From: Eledone cirrhosa
Lineage: Eukaryota
Direction: 5' to 3'
Length of the DNA: 64,000 nt
Assembly: GCA_964016885.1 (NCBI GenBank)
Contig: OZ024743.1
Coordinates: forward strand, 236,344,001 to 236,408,000
Below the pieces are notes generated by a model. That model was not told the origin of the DNA. It ran no database searches and saw nothing but the letters and a program-made list of their open reading frames with translations. A program made the position numbers and the translations under genes. Below, in pieces: positions 42,421 to 55,689 of the stretch; positions within the stretch are counted from its first letter, which is position 1; each line of letters starts with the position of its first letter.

Positions 42421-42546
42421 TCTCACACACACACACATTGGTCTGGCAAACCAAAGATGTGGGTTCGTGCCCCATGTACAACAATACTCATCCCAACTAA
42501 CAGACTCATTGTATGTAGTCAAATACGGCGTAAGCACATGTTACTA

Positions 42547-42632
<86 letters not shown>

Positions 42633-44236
42633 AGCAAATTATAAACGTAAACATGTAAGTATGTTTTTGAAACGGTGCGCGAGTTTGAAATTAGAAATTA
42701 GAAATTATAAGCTTTCACCGTATTTTAGATTAAAGAAATTTCTAGCCTGATAGTGGGGTTTATGGCCCTCGGAGAAATGGAAAAAGATGAGTGTTGCCGT
42801 ATATATATATATATATATATATGCAAAAGTTTTATTTAAGATTGTTGGGTTACAACGAGTAAATATTTTATAACTGATATAAAAGCACTCAACAGTTTCT
42901 GGAGTAGGTTTACGATATTAAACAAATGGAAACTATATTTATATTTATAAAACTATATTTATTTCGTTATATATATTTCTGGGATATCATATTAAAAATA
43001 TGTTATGCCTTCCTCAGACAAAATACAATACATATGCTGTTTTATAAATAATTAGTGACATACCTTGTGATAATGCAACTTCCTTTTAAAAAGTTGATTT
43101 GGTAGTGAAATTGTTATGATAGTTATATAGAAAGAAAACGAAGATGAGAAGAAGAAGATGAAGAGATGTATGCAAATAAAAAAAAGAAGATGAAGAGATG
43201 TATGCAAAGAAAAACAACGGAGCGAGATAGAGAGACAAGGAGAGAGACACATATCCACAATGTGTGAAGAAAAAAAAGAAAAAAACCTAGTAGACTGCTT
43301 TTTGACAGATGATCATCGTATATGTGAGAGGTTAAGGGAAGGGATACAGTTAAATTAGTGTATAGGAGAAAAAGAAAGAGAGATGATATATTTAAAATAT
43401 ATTAAAAATATATTATGTCTCATCCATTTGAATTATCAATTTTTATGAATTAGGTATTATAATGTAAATATCAGTATTCATGAATGAGACACATATCCAT
43501 AATGTGTGAAAAAATGACCACATGCTCAGTTAAAAATTCTTAGGTCTATAAGCAAAATCTGAGATAAAACTTCAAACATAAGTATATATGCATTCTCGTG
43601 AAAAAAGAAAAGAGAAGGTTATCTCAAATTCAAGTTGATAAATATAGACGCACATGTGAACCTACGTGATACGCTGCACTGATTCTTATACTTCATGAAA
43701 AACTTCAATGCGTTAGAAAAAATTACACCCTACATACATTTACATATATATAAATAGACACAAAACATATAAGATATACATTAACATCTAAAATAACATT
43801 CCAGCCTCACTTGCATGATCATCGATCAAGCATAGAGTAGACAACAGATATCAATATTAAAATTAAAAACGCCAAGAATATCTTCATCACTCCACAGAGT
43901 ATCTAGGGACGCAAGAGAACATAGTATGCCACGCATATCGGTCATAGAATCAGAGTCAAAAGCAAACAAAACCAAAATTGTTTATCAAGCCTTATTTAGC
44001 AGAAATCATTCAAAACTTATTCTACAAATGCTCTTATATTTATTATAGAAGTTTATCCAGCTTAAAAATTTATTCAAAAGATTGGGGACAACGCCAATTA
44101 TAGGGTAGTTTATTTAATCTCATTAATTATATATTCATGCGGAAAGGTTTTAAAAAAAAAATTGAAGGAATCGAAAGATTTATCGCCAAGTATCACAAAT
44201 AGTCAAATACCTTAAGTAAATATACTACATTTTATA

Positions 44237-44450
44237 CTACATTTTAAATTTATATTTATATTTATATATAAATGTTGAGTTCAATCTATGTCTGCAACAG
44301 CTGAATAAATTGGTTCGTAAATTAAGGGAATTTTTAGATTTTAATATAAAGAATATCTCCTCCGCGCAGAGGTCACAAGTCTCAGAAGAGGAATTAAAAG
44401 GAATCCCTTTTGAGACTATATTCCAAACCATCGAATATCCAACTTTATCA
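44237..44450 (-). pseudogene. Naiad-type Penelope GIY-YIG endonuclease C-terminal fragment
   Basis: WNIVSKGIPFNSSSETCDLCAEEIFFI..LNLRTNLFSCCRHR (W..CxLCxxE..LNxR..CRH). Confidence 0.8.
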
Positions 44451-44921
44451 TGCTAAGCCTCTTATAACCCCGAAGAAAATACCACGGAGGCGGAGGGGGT
44501 ATTTATATCGAAGCCGTAGAAGAGGTGGTGAAGGAGTCGTCCCAGTCATTCATTGAGCAACATCGGTGAGGTTTGCACCCTTAACTCACGGTTGGGTGTG
44601 GATGCATTCATGTATATGTGTGTGTCCGCATGTATCTGTGTGTTTCTAAATATAATGTTAATAACTCCCTCTGGTCGAGTAATCTTTGAAGTGTGGTGAC
44701 TGCTGGAAAGCTGCCATTACTCATACTTCTCGCCTCCTTCACCACCTCTTCTACGGCTTCGATATAAATACCCCCTCCGCCTCCGTGGTATTTTCTTCGG
44801 GGTTATAAGAGGCTTAGCTCTGTTTCTCGACCGTTATATCGCGTGACTATCTCCCCCTCCGCCTTTTGGGATTCTTTCTCACGTCGTGTAGACGCGTTCT
44901 TGAGGCTAGTAAAATGAGGTA

Positions 44922-45012
44922 TCCTCTTGATAAGTCGGCAGACCTCGCAAGGACTCTATATCTTTATGATGTATTGTTTTTTGTTTATGCCACGAAACTA
45001 CGTAGTCGAGGA
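44922..45012 (+). ncRNA. Type I hammerhead ribozyme, U3-A8 core variant with a large loop II
   Basis: tcctc-TTGATAA-gtcggca(~47 nt)tgccac-GAAA-CTACGTAG-TC-gagga. Confidence 0.72.
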
Positions 45013-45515
45013 ATCTAGGAGCAGTTTAGGTATGATACATTTTATTACTAATTATATCTAAATGTTCCTTCTCTCTTCATAATGTATTTTTAACTCTGAT
45101 ACTGGTTCAGTCTGGTTCAAGCGGATTGGTCTGTCCCAGTCATTCATTGAGCAACATCGGTGAGGTTTACACCCTTAACTCACGGTTGGGTGTGGATGCA
45201 TTCATGTATATGTGTGTGTCCGCATGTATCTGTGTGTTTCTAAATATATTGTTAATAATTCCCTCTGGTCGAGTAATCTTTGAAGTGTGGTGACTGCTGG
45301 AAAGCTGCCATTACTCATACTTCTCTCCCCCTTCACCACCTCTTCTACGGCTTCGATATAAATACCCCCTCCGCCTCCGTGGTATTTTCTTCGGGGTTAT
45401 AAGAGGCTTAGCTCTGTTTCTCGACCGTTATATCGCGTGACTATCTCCCCCTCCGCCTTTTGGGATTCTTTCTCACGTCGTGTAGACGCGTTCTTGAGGC
45501 TAGTAAAATGAGGTA

Positions 45516-45605
45516 TCCTCTTGATAAGTCGGCAGACCTCGCAAGGACTCTATATCTTTATGATGTATTGTTTTTGTTTATGCCACGAAACTACGTAGTC
45601 GAGGA
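45516..45605 (+). ncRNA. Type I hammerhead ribozyme, U3-A8 variant (second tandem copy)
   Basis: Essentially identical to 44922-45012. Confidence 0.72.
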
Positions 45606-45674
45606 ATCTAGGAGCAGTTTAGGTATGATACATTTTATTACTAATTATATCTAAATGTTCCTTCTCTCTTCATA

Positions 45675-45730
<56 letters not shown>

Positions 45731-45810
45731 CGAAGGAATAGTGGTAAGGAACCAGATGGACCATAACACACCAGAGTACTCAATATTTAGGGTAGTAGAG
45801 TGGGTAATAG

Positions 45811-45922
45811 GAGAAAGTATGACCCCGAAGGCGTTTCGACGGCTATTTCTGGACTAAAAATAAAATTTTAGTCCATAAATAGCCGTCGAAACGATTTGAA
45901 CTCTGTCGTCGGGGTCATACTT

Positions 45923-45926
<4 letters not shown>
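45811..45926. repeat. Imperfect inverted repeat, short element between (TA)n runs
   Basis: GAGAAAGTATGACCCCGA...TCGGGGTCATACTTTCTC with inner CGTTTCGACGGCTATTT/AAATAGCCGTCGAAACG. Relative at 42235-42283. Confidence 0.8.
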
Positions 45927-45965
<39 letters not shown>

Positions 45966-46100
45966 TATTATATTTCATTGTTTTAGGGTCGTTTCGTGGG
46001 GTTGATCATATCGGTATATTGACTGATCTATAGCAGTTATAGAACTGTATACTATCAGACATAATATATGGGTTCGATAATACCGTCTTCTTCAGAAACA

Positions 46101-46231
<131 letters not shown>

Positions 46232-46724
46232 AAAATCTGAAACAGGAATACAGTCAGACTATCATACACAACTATAACGAACTTTCAAAGTTATATGTCA
46301 GGACTATATATGAAGCACCTCTAAAAAGACAATAACAGTCATTAAACCTCAATTGGAAGTAACAACCTCATCTTCATCTTCATCTCAACCCATTGTACCA
46401 CACCAAACCAACAACTGCAAGCGGGTATCCCTATCGGAGCCTACCAACACATCTACTCTTAACGAAAAAAAAATATTAATCGACATGCACTGGTACATTG
46501 TAACTGTAGGAAACACGATAGTTGCTCCCTATCAAGTAAATGCATGAGAAACATTGTGTACCAGTGGGAAGTTACAGAAAGTCATGGGATATATAGATAT
46601 GTGGGGTCCACATCCAACTTTTTAAAGAAAAGATGCTATGTACACACTCATTTGTTTACAAATCCGGAGCTACGAACTTCTTCCGCTTTGGCTAGGGAAA
46701 TATCAAAATTATAAAAGGAAAATA

Positions 46725-46910
46725 ATTGTTTCTACTTTTGACACAAGGCCAGCAATTAGTCCAGTGTATTACTGGTACTTTATTTTATCGACCCCGTAAG
46801 GATGAAAGGCAAAGTTAACCTCGGCGGGATTTGAACTCAGACCATAAAGGGACGTAACTCTTTGCTGCAAAGCATGGCGTCCGACTCTCTGCCGATACTG
46901 CCAATCCACA
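46725..46910 (-). mobile_element. tRNA-derived SINE (family 1)
   Basis: Reverse complement of 41001-41190. Confidence 0.82.
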
Positions 46911-47469
46911 CAATATAATCTGTCGTGGTCCATTCCATAATTCGCCCACCCCTACCGACGTGAAAGAAAGATTGTCATCTTTGTGCGATGGAAGGACTAG
47001 AAATCATGCAAGAAATTACAGAACTCCAGACAAGATATCCAACTGTAAACACAAATACCTAAAACATGTTCTAATTATAGCCCTATCTAACCTAGGATTA
47101 GAACCTATCACTCCACCTTCATTTATCAATTTCTGTCCCTTCTATCTCTGTCATATCGCCAGTTTTATTACTTAGTGGCACCAAATCCACTATTTCAGCT
47201 TCACTTTATTACTAATATTAGAGATTTACCGCCTCTTTATATTCTTACCATAATGGACACTGCCGTCACTCATTCGATCCTCTTTCATCTATCGGTTACT
47301 ATTTCTCAGCCAATCATAGATCTCATTTATGTAGCACCAAAACCTGTTGGAAGTCAATAGGTCAACCTATCAATTCTTCCTTTTAGTATTCAATAACACC
47401 GAAATACTAAAGATTGTATTGATTCTCTGAACATTCATTGAGTAACTTGTGAGAGAATCGGTAATATAA

Positions 47470-47768
47470 AGATCTCTACACCCCCCCATAGACCTTGACC
47501 TACACCCCCCACCCCACCCCATAGACCTTGACCTACACCCCCCATAGACCCTGACCTACACCCCATAGACCTTGACCTACAGTCCTCCTATAGATCTTGA
47601 TCTACATCCCCATAGACTCTGACCTACACCCCCAATAGACCTTGACCTACACACCCCGTAGACCTTGACCTACACCCCCATAGAGATTGAATTACAGTCT
47701 CCCCCATAGACCTTGAACTACAGTCCCCCCCATAGTCCTTGACCTACACCCCTATAGACCCTGACTTA
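47470..47768. repeat. ~22-bp minisatellite (CATAGACCTTGACCTACACCCC)
   Basis: Direct reading. Confidence 0.9.
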
Positions 47769-48318
47769 ACTCAATGATGAAACACGTCTTAGAATGTATA
47801 TTTAAATACGTTTGTCTAATCACGCCTTCTCTGTTCTCCCTAACATATTGATTTATATATATATAAATATATGTGTGTGTGTGTGTGTATGTGTACATAT
47901 AAGCGCCAGCGTGTGTGTGCGTGTGTGTACATATAAATGCCGTGTGTGTGTACATATAAATGTCGTGTGTGTGTGTACATATAAATGCCGTGTGTGTGTG
48001 TGTGTGTGTACCTATAAACGCAGTATGTGTGTGTGTGTGTGTGTGTACATATAAGCGCCAGCGTGTGTGTACTGATTTGTGTAAAAAATTGATACAGAGG
48101 TGGCTAAACTATAATTTCATTTTGTAAATATTAGAATAATTTGTATAATGATATAATATATATCATATAATATATATATCATATAATATGTAGCATATAA
48201 TATATATATCATATAATATATAGCATATAATATGTAGCATATAATATATATATCATATAATATATAGCATATATTATATATCATATAATATATAGCATAT
48301 ATTATATATCAGATAATA

Positions 48319-51304
48319 CAGGGGTCGGCAACCCCCGGCCCGCGGGCCACATTCGGCCCTCGAGTGATTTTTGTCCGGCCCGCCATCTTACACTGGACAC
48401 TAATTATCTAATTAGTATCGAATACAGATACAGTAGGTCACTTCAAGTTTGTGCCGACCTGATGCCCATCACAAATCGCTGCTCATACCGTATATATTTA
48501 CAGATACCTTTGCAACCTCATTATATTTTCCATTTATTATTATTTCCTCTTATCCATCTTTTTCTGGGCTTTCCGCCAAGCATTATATGCACTGGGTAAT
48601 TGCTGGCCTTGTGCCTAAAGTAGAAACAATTATATCACCTGTATTATTATTTCCTTTTGTTTCATGTATGTGTTTTTTGGTCCAGTCAACAAACACAAAT
48701 GTTGGCTGGAAGTATGCATTTTCGTCAGCAACTGGAAGGTATACTACCTTACGGTTCGCATGACTCGCTTTTATACCCATATGGTCATTCAATAAAATCA
48801 CTCGTGAATTATTGTCGTCTTCGTTTGCCTGACCTTACCTGTGACCCCCCCCCCCCCTCCCTGGCACAAGGTAAAGCTGTCCTTAGAAAGATTACTTCGT
48901 TCCCTCCTCCCCGGAGTATTTTCATTTGAGTTTGTTGTCTGGTGGTATAACAACTATACAGTAGGTATCTTTATTCGAGAATAACATTTATTTAATTATT
49001 TGTGATGAATTGTGTGAATTATTATTATTAGAATTAGGCCAAAAGTGGTTTAAAAAAACAAATGGTAACCCTGATCTAACAACGTCGTTAGAAACCTGGT
49101 TATATATAATTTATTCACAATTATCATATTTTATCGCATTACTGTATTTGCATTTACATTTGTTTTCATTGTTTCTTATTTCTTCATACTGATTATTATA
49201 CTTTTTGTTCTTTTTCCTTTCCATAAATCTTTTTTGTTTGAACAAAAACAAGCCCATGGAAACTAAGAAAAGAAAAGTGGATTTGGAGTGCCGAACTTTT
49301 AACGATGGCTTGACACTTAGCTATTTTTTCATTGAGCACTTCGGAAAATGTTTGCTTAATTTGTCAAGAAACGATTGCCGTGAAGAAAGTTTCAAATATT
49401 AAACGGCACTATGAAACTAGTCATAATCATTACAACAGTTTTACCAGAAAAGCACGAGTAAACGAAGTTGCACGGCTGAGAAATAATGTAACAAAGCAAT
49501 CATCCTTTTTCAGTAGAAAAGTTGAAGAAAGTGACCGAGATTTCTTCAAAGAATTATTGTTGAAGGTAGCAGATGTTGTTTGTCCAGAAAAAAGGGAATT
49601 ATTTTCTGCGATCAGCTTATCGGCAAGAACAGTAACAAGGCGAATTGAAGAGCTGGCAGCAAATGTCAGAAGTGGCTTGGGGGGCATTTTAAATAATCTG
49701 GAGTATAATTCCATTGCTATCGATGAAACCACAGATATGAAGGATACTTGTCAACTTGCAGTGTTTGTGAGGGGTGTAACACCAACATTTGATATTGTGG
49801 AAGAATTTGTACAATTGATTCCTATGAAGGACACTAGCACTGGAGCAGATATTTTGGAAAGCATAATAAAATGGATTACCGAAATGAATCTTGATTTATC
49901 AAAACTTTCTGGAGTAATCACAGATGGAGCAACAGCAATGGTTGGAGAGAAAAAGAGGTTGTTGCATTGCTCCAAAACCACATCGGTATTGATAAAAAAA
50001 CTAATCAAACTTCATTGCATTATTCATCAAGAAGCATTATGTGCAAAGTCACTGAATTTTAAGGACATCATAGCAGTGGTCGTGAAAACAGTGAATTTTA
50101 TACTGTCAAGAAGACTAAATCAACGCCAGTTTCAAGAATTTCTAAAACAAATTGAAGCAGAGTATGGCGACCTTACATATTTTTCAAATGCTCGATGGCT
50201 TAGCCGCGGAAAAATGATAGAACGAGTATATGCATTGAGAGAAGAGATTTCTATGTTTTTAGAGAGCAAAGACCAAGATAATTCTTACTTTCAAGATCCA
50301 CAGTGGGTTGTCAAGCTAGCTTTTTTAGTGGACATCACGACCCACATGAACACTTTTAATCTTGAGCTTCAAGGAAAGAACAAGGTTGTATTTGAGATGT
50401 TTGGTCAAATTACTGCTTTTGAGAGAAAACTTCGACTGTGGGAATCACAACTTCAAAAAGGAAACTACTCTCATTTCCCAAGTCTCCAACATCACAAAAG
50501 AGATATAATACCAGACATCTTTGTGAGCTCTATTAAGGATTTGAGAAGCGAGTTTTCCTCTCGTTTTGCTGACTTCCGGCAATATGGAACTCTATTTAAG
50601 TTATTTGGTACTCCTTGCGAAACAGATGTGGAGCAAGTGGCAGAATAATATCAATTGGAGTTAATTGACTTACAGTGCGACGTATCTTTGAAATCGAAAT
50701 TTCAGTTCGAATCCACTGCTGACTTCTACAAGGAATATATATTGCCAAGCGGAAAATATAAAAACATCTTGACTAATGCGAAACTGATGATATCATTATT
50801 TGGAAGTACATATGCTTGTGAACAACTTTTTTCCAAAATGAAATATACTAAAAGTCATTTAAGAACAAGGTTGCGTGACGACCACCTGGATGATGTTTTG
50901 CTCCTGTCATCGACAAATATTTCACCTGATGTGGAGAAGTTATCGCACAATAAGCAGAAACAAGTGTCTCATTAAATCATTTACCATTTCTAACTGTATT
51001 TCGTTTGTAGCAAGGAATTTGCTTTTTTTTTGTTGATTGCGTTAGTAGTTGTTTTTCTGTTATTCCTGCAGTAAAATAAGGAATTTGCTTTTTTTTTTTT
51101 AATGTGTTTGTAGTTTTTTTTCTTTCTTTTTTTTTTGTTATTCCTGCAGTAAAATAAGGAGCCTTGTTAAAATAAAATTATATTAAATTCCTTGTTTTAC
51201 TTTAAACCTCCAGAAAATTTATTTACATATTTAATAACATGGCCCTCCTCCCTGACACTGCATAGCTGTTTGGCCCTCTCTCTCCAAAAGGTTGCCGACC
51301 CCTG
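48319..51304 (+). mobile_element. hAT DNA transposon (Charlie/SPIN/Buster-like), both ends intact
   Basis: 15-bp perfect TIRs CAGGGGTCGGCAACC / GGTTGCCGACCCCTG and an 8-bp TSD AGATAATA / ATATAATA (7/8). Inserted in a TA-rich satellite. Confidence 0.95.
49256..50975 (+). pseudogene. hAT transposase (GTF2IRD2/EPM2AIP1-like), with a frameshift near 49350 and an in-frame TAA at 50646
   Basis: KKRKV NLS-like, CLIC..HYETSH zinc finger, SIAIDETTD, TDGA, HCIIHQEALC, RWLSRG and FGSTYACEQLFS dimerisation motif. Confidence 0.93.
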
Positions 51305-52084
51305 ATATAATATATGCTATATATTATATATCATATAATATAAAGCATATAATATATAGCATATATTACATAGCATATATTATATGGTATATAATATATA
51401 GCATATTATATATATCATATAATATATAGCATATATTATATATCATATAATGTATAGCATATATTATATATCATATAATATATAGCATATATTATATAAC
51501 ATAATATACAGCATATATTATATATCATATAATATATAGCATATATTATACTACCAACAGGCACTTCGTCATTTACGACGACGAGTGTTCCAGTGGATAC
51601 GATCAATGGAACAGCCTGCTCGTGAAATTAACGTACAACTGGCTGAGCATAGTTCTCGGGGAGATTCAGCGTGACACATAATGTGACAAAGCTGACTCTT
51701 CGAATTACAGGTACAACTCATTTTCTGTCAGCTAATTGATTGGAGCAACGTTAAATAAAGTGTCTTCTTCAGGGACACAACGTGCTGCCAGGAATGGAAC
51801 TCACCAACTTACGATTGAAGCCGAACACCCTAACCATAAAACCACGTGACTTCACATATTTTGGTGTTTTATGTGTTTGGGGGGTGGGAACAGTTTGTAC
51901 GAGAGTGTGTGTGTGAGTGAATGTGTGTATGTTTGTTTGTAAGAGAGAGAATGTGTTAGTGAGTGTGTGCTTATGTGAGTGTATGCGTGTGTCTGTGTGT
52001 GTAATGACGCGTGTGAAAGTGTGTGATGTGAAAAGTAAATTGATCAAATATCAAACCACAGCAAACTACAACACACGTGACCAA

Positions 52085-52597
52085 ACCATGACAACACTCA
52101 ATAAATCCCAATACACCTCACCAAACCACAACTCTCAATAAATCCCAATACACCTCACCAAACCACGACAACCCTCAATAAATCCCAATACACCTCACCA
52201 AACCACGACAACCCTCAATAAATCCCAATACACCTCACCAAACCACGACAACCCTCAATAAATCCCAATACACCTCACCAAACCACGACAACAATCAATA
52301 AATCCCAATACACCTCACCAAACCACAACTCTCAATAAATCCCAATTCACCTCACCAAACCACGACAACCCTCAATAAATCCCAATACACCTCACCAAAC
52401 CACGACAACCCTCAATAAATTCAAATACACCTCACCAAACCACGACAACCCTCAATAAATCCAAATACACCTCACCAAACCACAACTCTCAATTAATCCC
52501 AATACACCTCACCAAACCACGACAACCCTTAATAAATCCCAATACACCTCACCAAACCACGACAACCCTTAATAAATCCCAATATTCCTCACCAAAC
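52085..52597. repeat. 40-bp minisatellite (AATAAATCCCAATACACCTCACCAAACCACGACAACCCTC), about 13 copies
   Basis: Direct reading. Confidence 0.95.
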
Positions 52598-52677
52598 GTC
52601 TTCAATCATACAGTCTCCAAAAAGATATATTTTTTTTTAGAACAAGATATTTCACAACAGGCAAACCACGTATTTAG

Positions 52678-52759
<82 letters not shown>

Positions 52760-52801
52760 TATTTTTATTTTATAGAAGGAGCTTCTACAGGACTAGTACT
52801 G

Positions 52802-52883
<82 letters not shown>

Positions 52884-53645
52884 CTATCTCATCAATTATA
52901 TAGAGAGACCACTTTAACAAATTACTATCCTGTAATTTGCCTGCACTCATTCTATTATCTTACATGTTGGGTGAAATATCTTGAAGGGTTTGATTTTTTT
53001 TTCATTGTGAATGGAGATGATCGGTGATCAATCGTTTAAAAACATCGAACTAGAATTGGCAGAGATAATGACATCTGGCAAACAAAAGAGACAAGAAAAC
53101 GACAGGAATGAGCAGCAATAGGAACTACTAAAGGTCCACAGAAAAGCGAGCAAGAAAACCTGAAAATATAACAAAAGATAAACCTATATTTTTATATAAT
53201 ATATACTATGGCATTCGTCCAGTTTGGGTTTAACTGCGGTGTTATAATCTCGTAAGGTGGACCTGATTTTGTGTGTGTGTGTGTGCGTGCGTGTATGCGT
53301 GTATGTGTATGTGTGCGTGTGTGTCTGTTGTCTGTACATATATATATATATATATATATAAATATAAATGGAATAGAATGAAACGAAATTTCATTTCTCA
53401 CTCTTAGTACGGCACTTACTTAAATGTAAGTATGTATGTATGTATACGTACATACATATATGTATACAGACGTACAGTAGTATGTATATATATATACATA
53501 CATGCACATATATATATATGCACGTATCGGTTTACCAAACATTTATTATAATGCTCGGTTGGTTTGTTTGTAAACAAACAGCCCGGATTACGCCGTACAG
53601 TGTTTAGGCAACCACGTCACCTTTTTGTTCAACACTGACACAGGA

Positions 53646-53688
53646 ACGATGTACTAGTTTCAAGCTTATTAGCTATCGTCAGCATCGT
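53646..53688 (-). ncRNA. Type I minimal hammerhead ribozyme (mirror copy)
   Basis: Reverse complement of 53816-53858. Confidence 0.82.
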
Positions 53689-53815
53689 ATACCTTCCTGC
53701 CAGATGGTTGAACGTCTGAAAGTATATGCTTTCCTTATGCATATTAACGGCTGAGCAGCCTAATTTGCATAGGAAAGTATATACTTTCAGATTCAACCAT
53801 CTGGCAGGAATGTAT

Positions 53816-53858
53816 ACGATGCTGACGATAGCTAATAAGCTTGAAACTAGTACATCGT
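53816..53858 (+). ncRNA. Type I minimal hammerhead ribozyme
   Basis: acgatg-CTGACGA-t-agct(aata)agct-t-GAAA-CTAG-TA-catcgt, with a perfect 6-bp helix I and palindromic loop III. Confidence 0.85.
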
Positions 53859-54060
53859 TCCTGTGTCAGTGTTGAACAAATAGGTGACGTGGTTGCCTAA
53901 ACACTGTACGGCGTAATCCGGGCTGTTTGTTTGTTTACAAACAAACAAACCGAGCATTATAATAAATGTTCGGTAAACCGATACGTGCATATATATATGT
54001 GTGCATGTATGTATATATATACATACTACTGTACGTCTGTATACATATATGTATGTACGT

Positions 54061-54100
<40 letters not shown>

Positions 54101-54137
54101 AATACATGAATCAAAGTTCTGTTCAAACCATTTATTA

Positions 54138-54182
54138 GCTTACAATTGTTTCTTCCAAACCAGGTTTGGTGTCTTCGGAGCA
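54138..54182 (-). ncRNA. Hammerhead ribozyme, U4C variant (mirror copy)
   Basis: Reverse complement of 54996-55040. Confidence 0.72.
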
Positions 54183-54995
54183 ATTTTTCAATGATTGTTT
54201 ACATACATGACCTCCTTTCCAACACAAGAGACATACAGAAACATGTATATATCGATGCACAGTGGGGTGACATCCATTATAATATTTTAGCATGGCAATT
54301 TACATTCAAAAATTAAAAGAAAATTAAAACAAAATTAAAGTTAAAATACAACATCGGCAGTTTACGAAGATAATTATTACAGCTTGTTGTTCTTTATTCC
54401 AATTTTATAGAGCAGGTTGTTTTTCAAATTGGAATAAAGAACAACAAGCTGTAATAATCTAACCTAATACATCAAGCATCCAATACTGAATCATCGTTGA
54501 TTATGTGAAGGACATATAATCTATATATTACGTTTCCTGGATTGTGAAAATGGTGGTGTATACGAAAACCATAACATTATTTTGCTTCTCATTTTTAATA
54601 TTTTTCTGCACACAAGCTTCTATATCATACATAAAAAATACTTTACCAATACAAACCCCATAATACTCTTGATTGCCCGCTTAAAGTGCTTGTATTGCAT
54701 ATAACACCTTGCCGCAATGTAATCTTATATAAATAAGACACACGCGCATGCCCCACGTGTAACCATTGCATACACTAACTACTTCAAACTATCCTCTTGC
54801 ATTATCTTCGTAAACTGCCGATGTTGTATTTTAACTTTAATTTTGTTTTAATTTTCTTTTAATTTTTTAATGTAAATTGCCATGCTAAAATATTATAATG
54901 GATGTCACCCCACTGTGCATCGATATATACATATGTTTCTGTATGTCTCTTGTGTTGGAAAGGAGGTCATGTATGTAAACAATCATTGAAAAATT

Positions 54996-55040
54996 GCTCC
55001 GAAGACACCAAACCTCGGTTTGGAAGAAACAATTGTAAGC
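54996..55040 (+). ncRNA. Hammerhead ribozyme, U4C variant
   Basis: gct-CCGAAGA-ca-ccaaacc(tc)ggtttgg-aa-GAAA-CAATTG-TA-agc, followed by AATAAA. Confidence 0.75.
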
Positions 55041-55305
55041 TAATAAATGGTTTGAACAGAACTTTGATTCATGTATTTTCTATGTAACTGCTCTGTAGAA
55101 CAAATGATGTTATTACATTGAGCTATTTATCTTACTGGTAATAAGGTAGTAATAAATTACTGTTTTTCACTGTTTAGGGTTTAAAATATATATAACTATA
55201 AAAGGTTTTAGTATATACATAACCATAAATAGTATCTATATATATATATATAATATAGATGAGATTCTACAGGACTAGAACTGTTTCATTCTTTAGAAAT
55301 CATCA

Positions 55306-55358
55306 GAGATTCCTGATGATTTCTAAAGAATGAAACAGTTCTAGTCCTGTAGAATCTC
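55306..55358 (+). ncRNA. Type I hammerhead ribozyme, preceded by its own inverted copy (55261-55306)
   Basis: gagattc-CTGATGA-t-ttc(taaa)gaa-t-GAAA-CAG(ttctagtc)CTG-TA-gaatctc, with a perfect 7-bp helix I. Confidence 0.87.
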
Positions 55359-55439
55359 ATCTATACTAAAACTTTTATACTCTGCAATGTATTGAGTACC
55401 TTACTTACTGTGGTTACCTCCGATTCAACCCGGAATAAC

Positions 55440-55500
<61 letters not shown>

Positions 55501-55689
55501 TGGGGGTAGACAGAGAGAGAGAGATTTGTAAAATCCTGACCGCGGCTCCAAGCTGTTTCATCTTGTGTCACAAGTGACCAACCCTATTTTTTTAAACAAG
55601 TATATTATATGCCACACCTTGCTAGGCTACAGCCACCGTTCTGTAACCATAAGCTTACCTGTAATGAGACTGCTATTACCATGTTCTGT

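Larger units (their letters stand above)
44453..45680 (+). mobile_element. Tandem ~594-bp HHR-containing units preceded by an ~80-bp inverted copy (Penelope pLTR / retrozyme-like)
   Basis: Units start TCCCAGTCATTCATTGAGC at 44540 and 45134. 44453-44533 is the reverse complement of ~44736-44819. The array ends in (TA)n. Confidence 0.85.
53441..54065. repeat. Long inverted repeat (~300-bp arms, ~25-nt spacer), head-to-head HHR-bearing pLTRs
   Basis: Arms are near-identical reverse complements, and each contains an HHR. Confidence 0.9.
54097..55084. repeat. Inverted repeat (~280-bp arms, ~420-bp spacer containing a second hairpin at 54373-54458)
   Basis: 54097-54378 mirrors 54801-55084, and each arm ends in an HHR plus AATAAA. 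Confidence 0.88.

Noticed and set aside
49332-50975. Domesticated GTF2IRD2/ZBED-like host gene
   Set aside because: It is flanked by TIRs and a TSD and carries a frameshift and a stop, so it is a transposon copy
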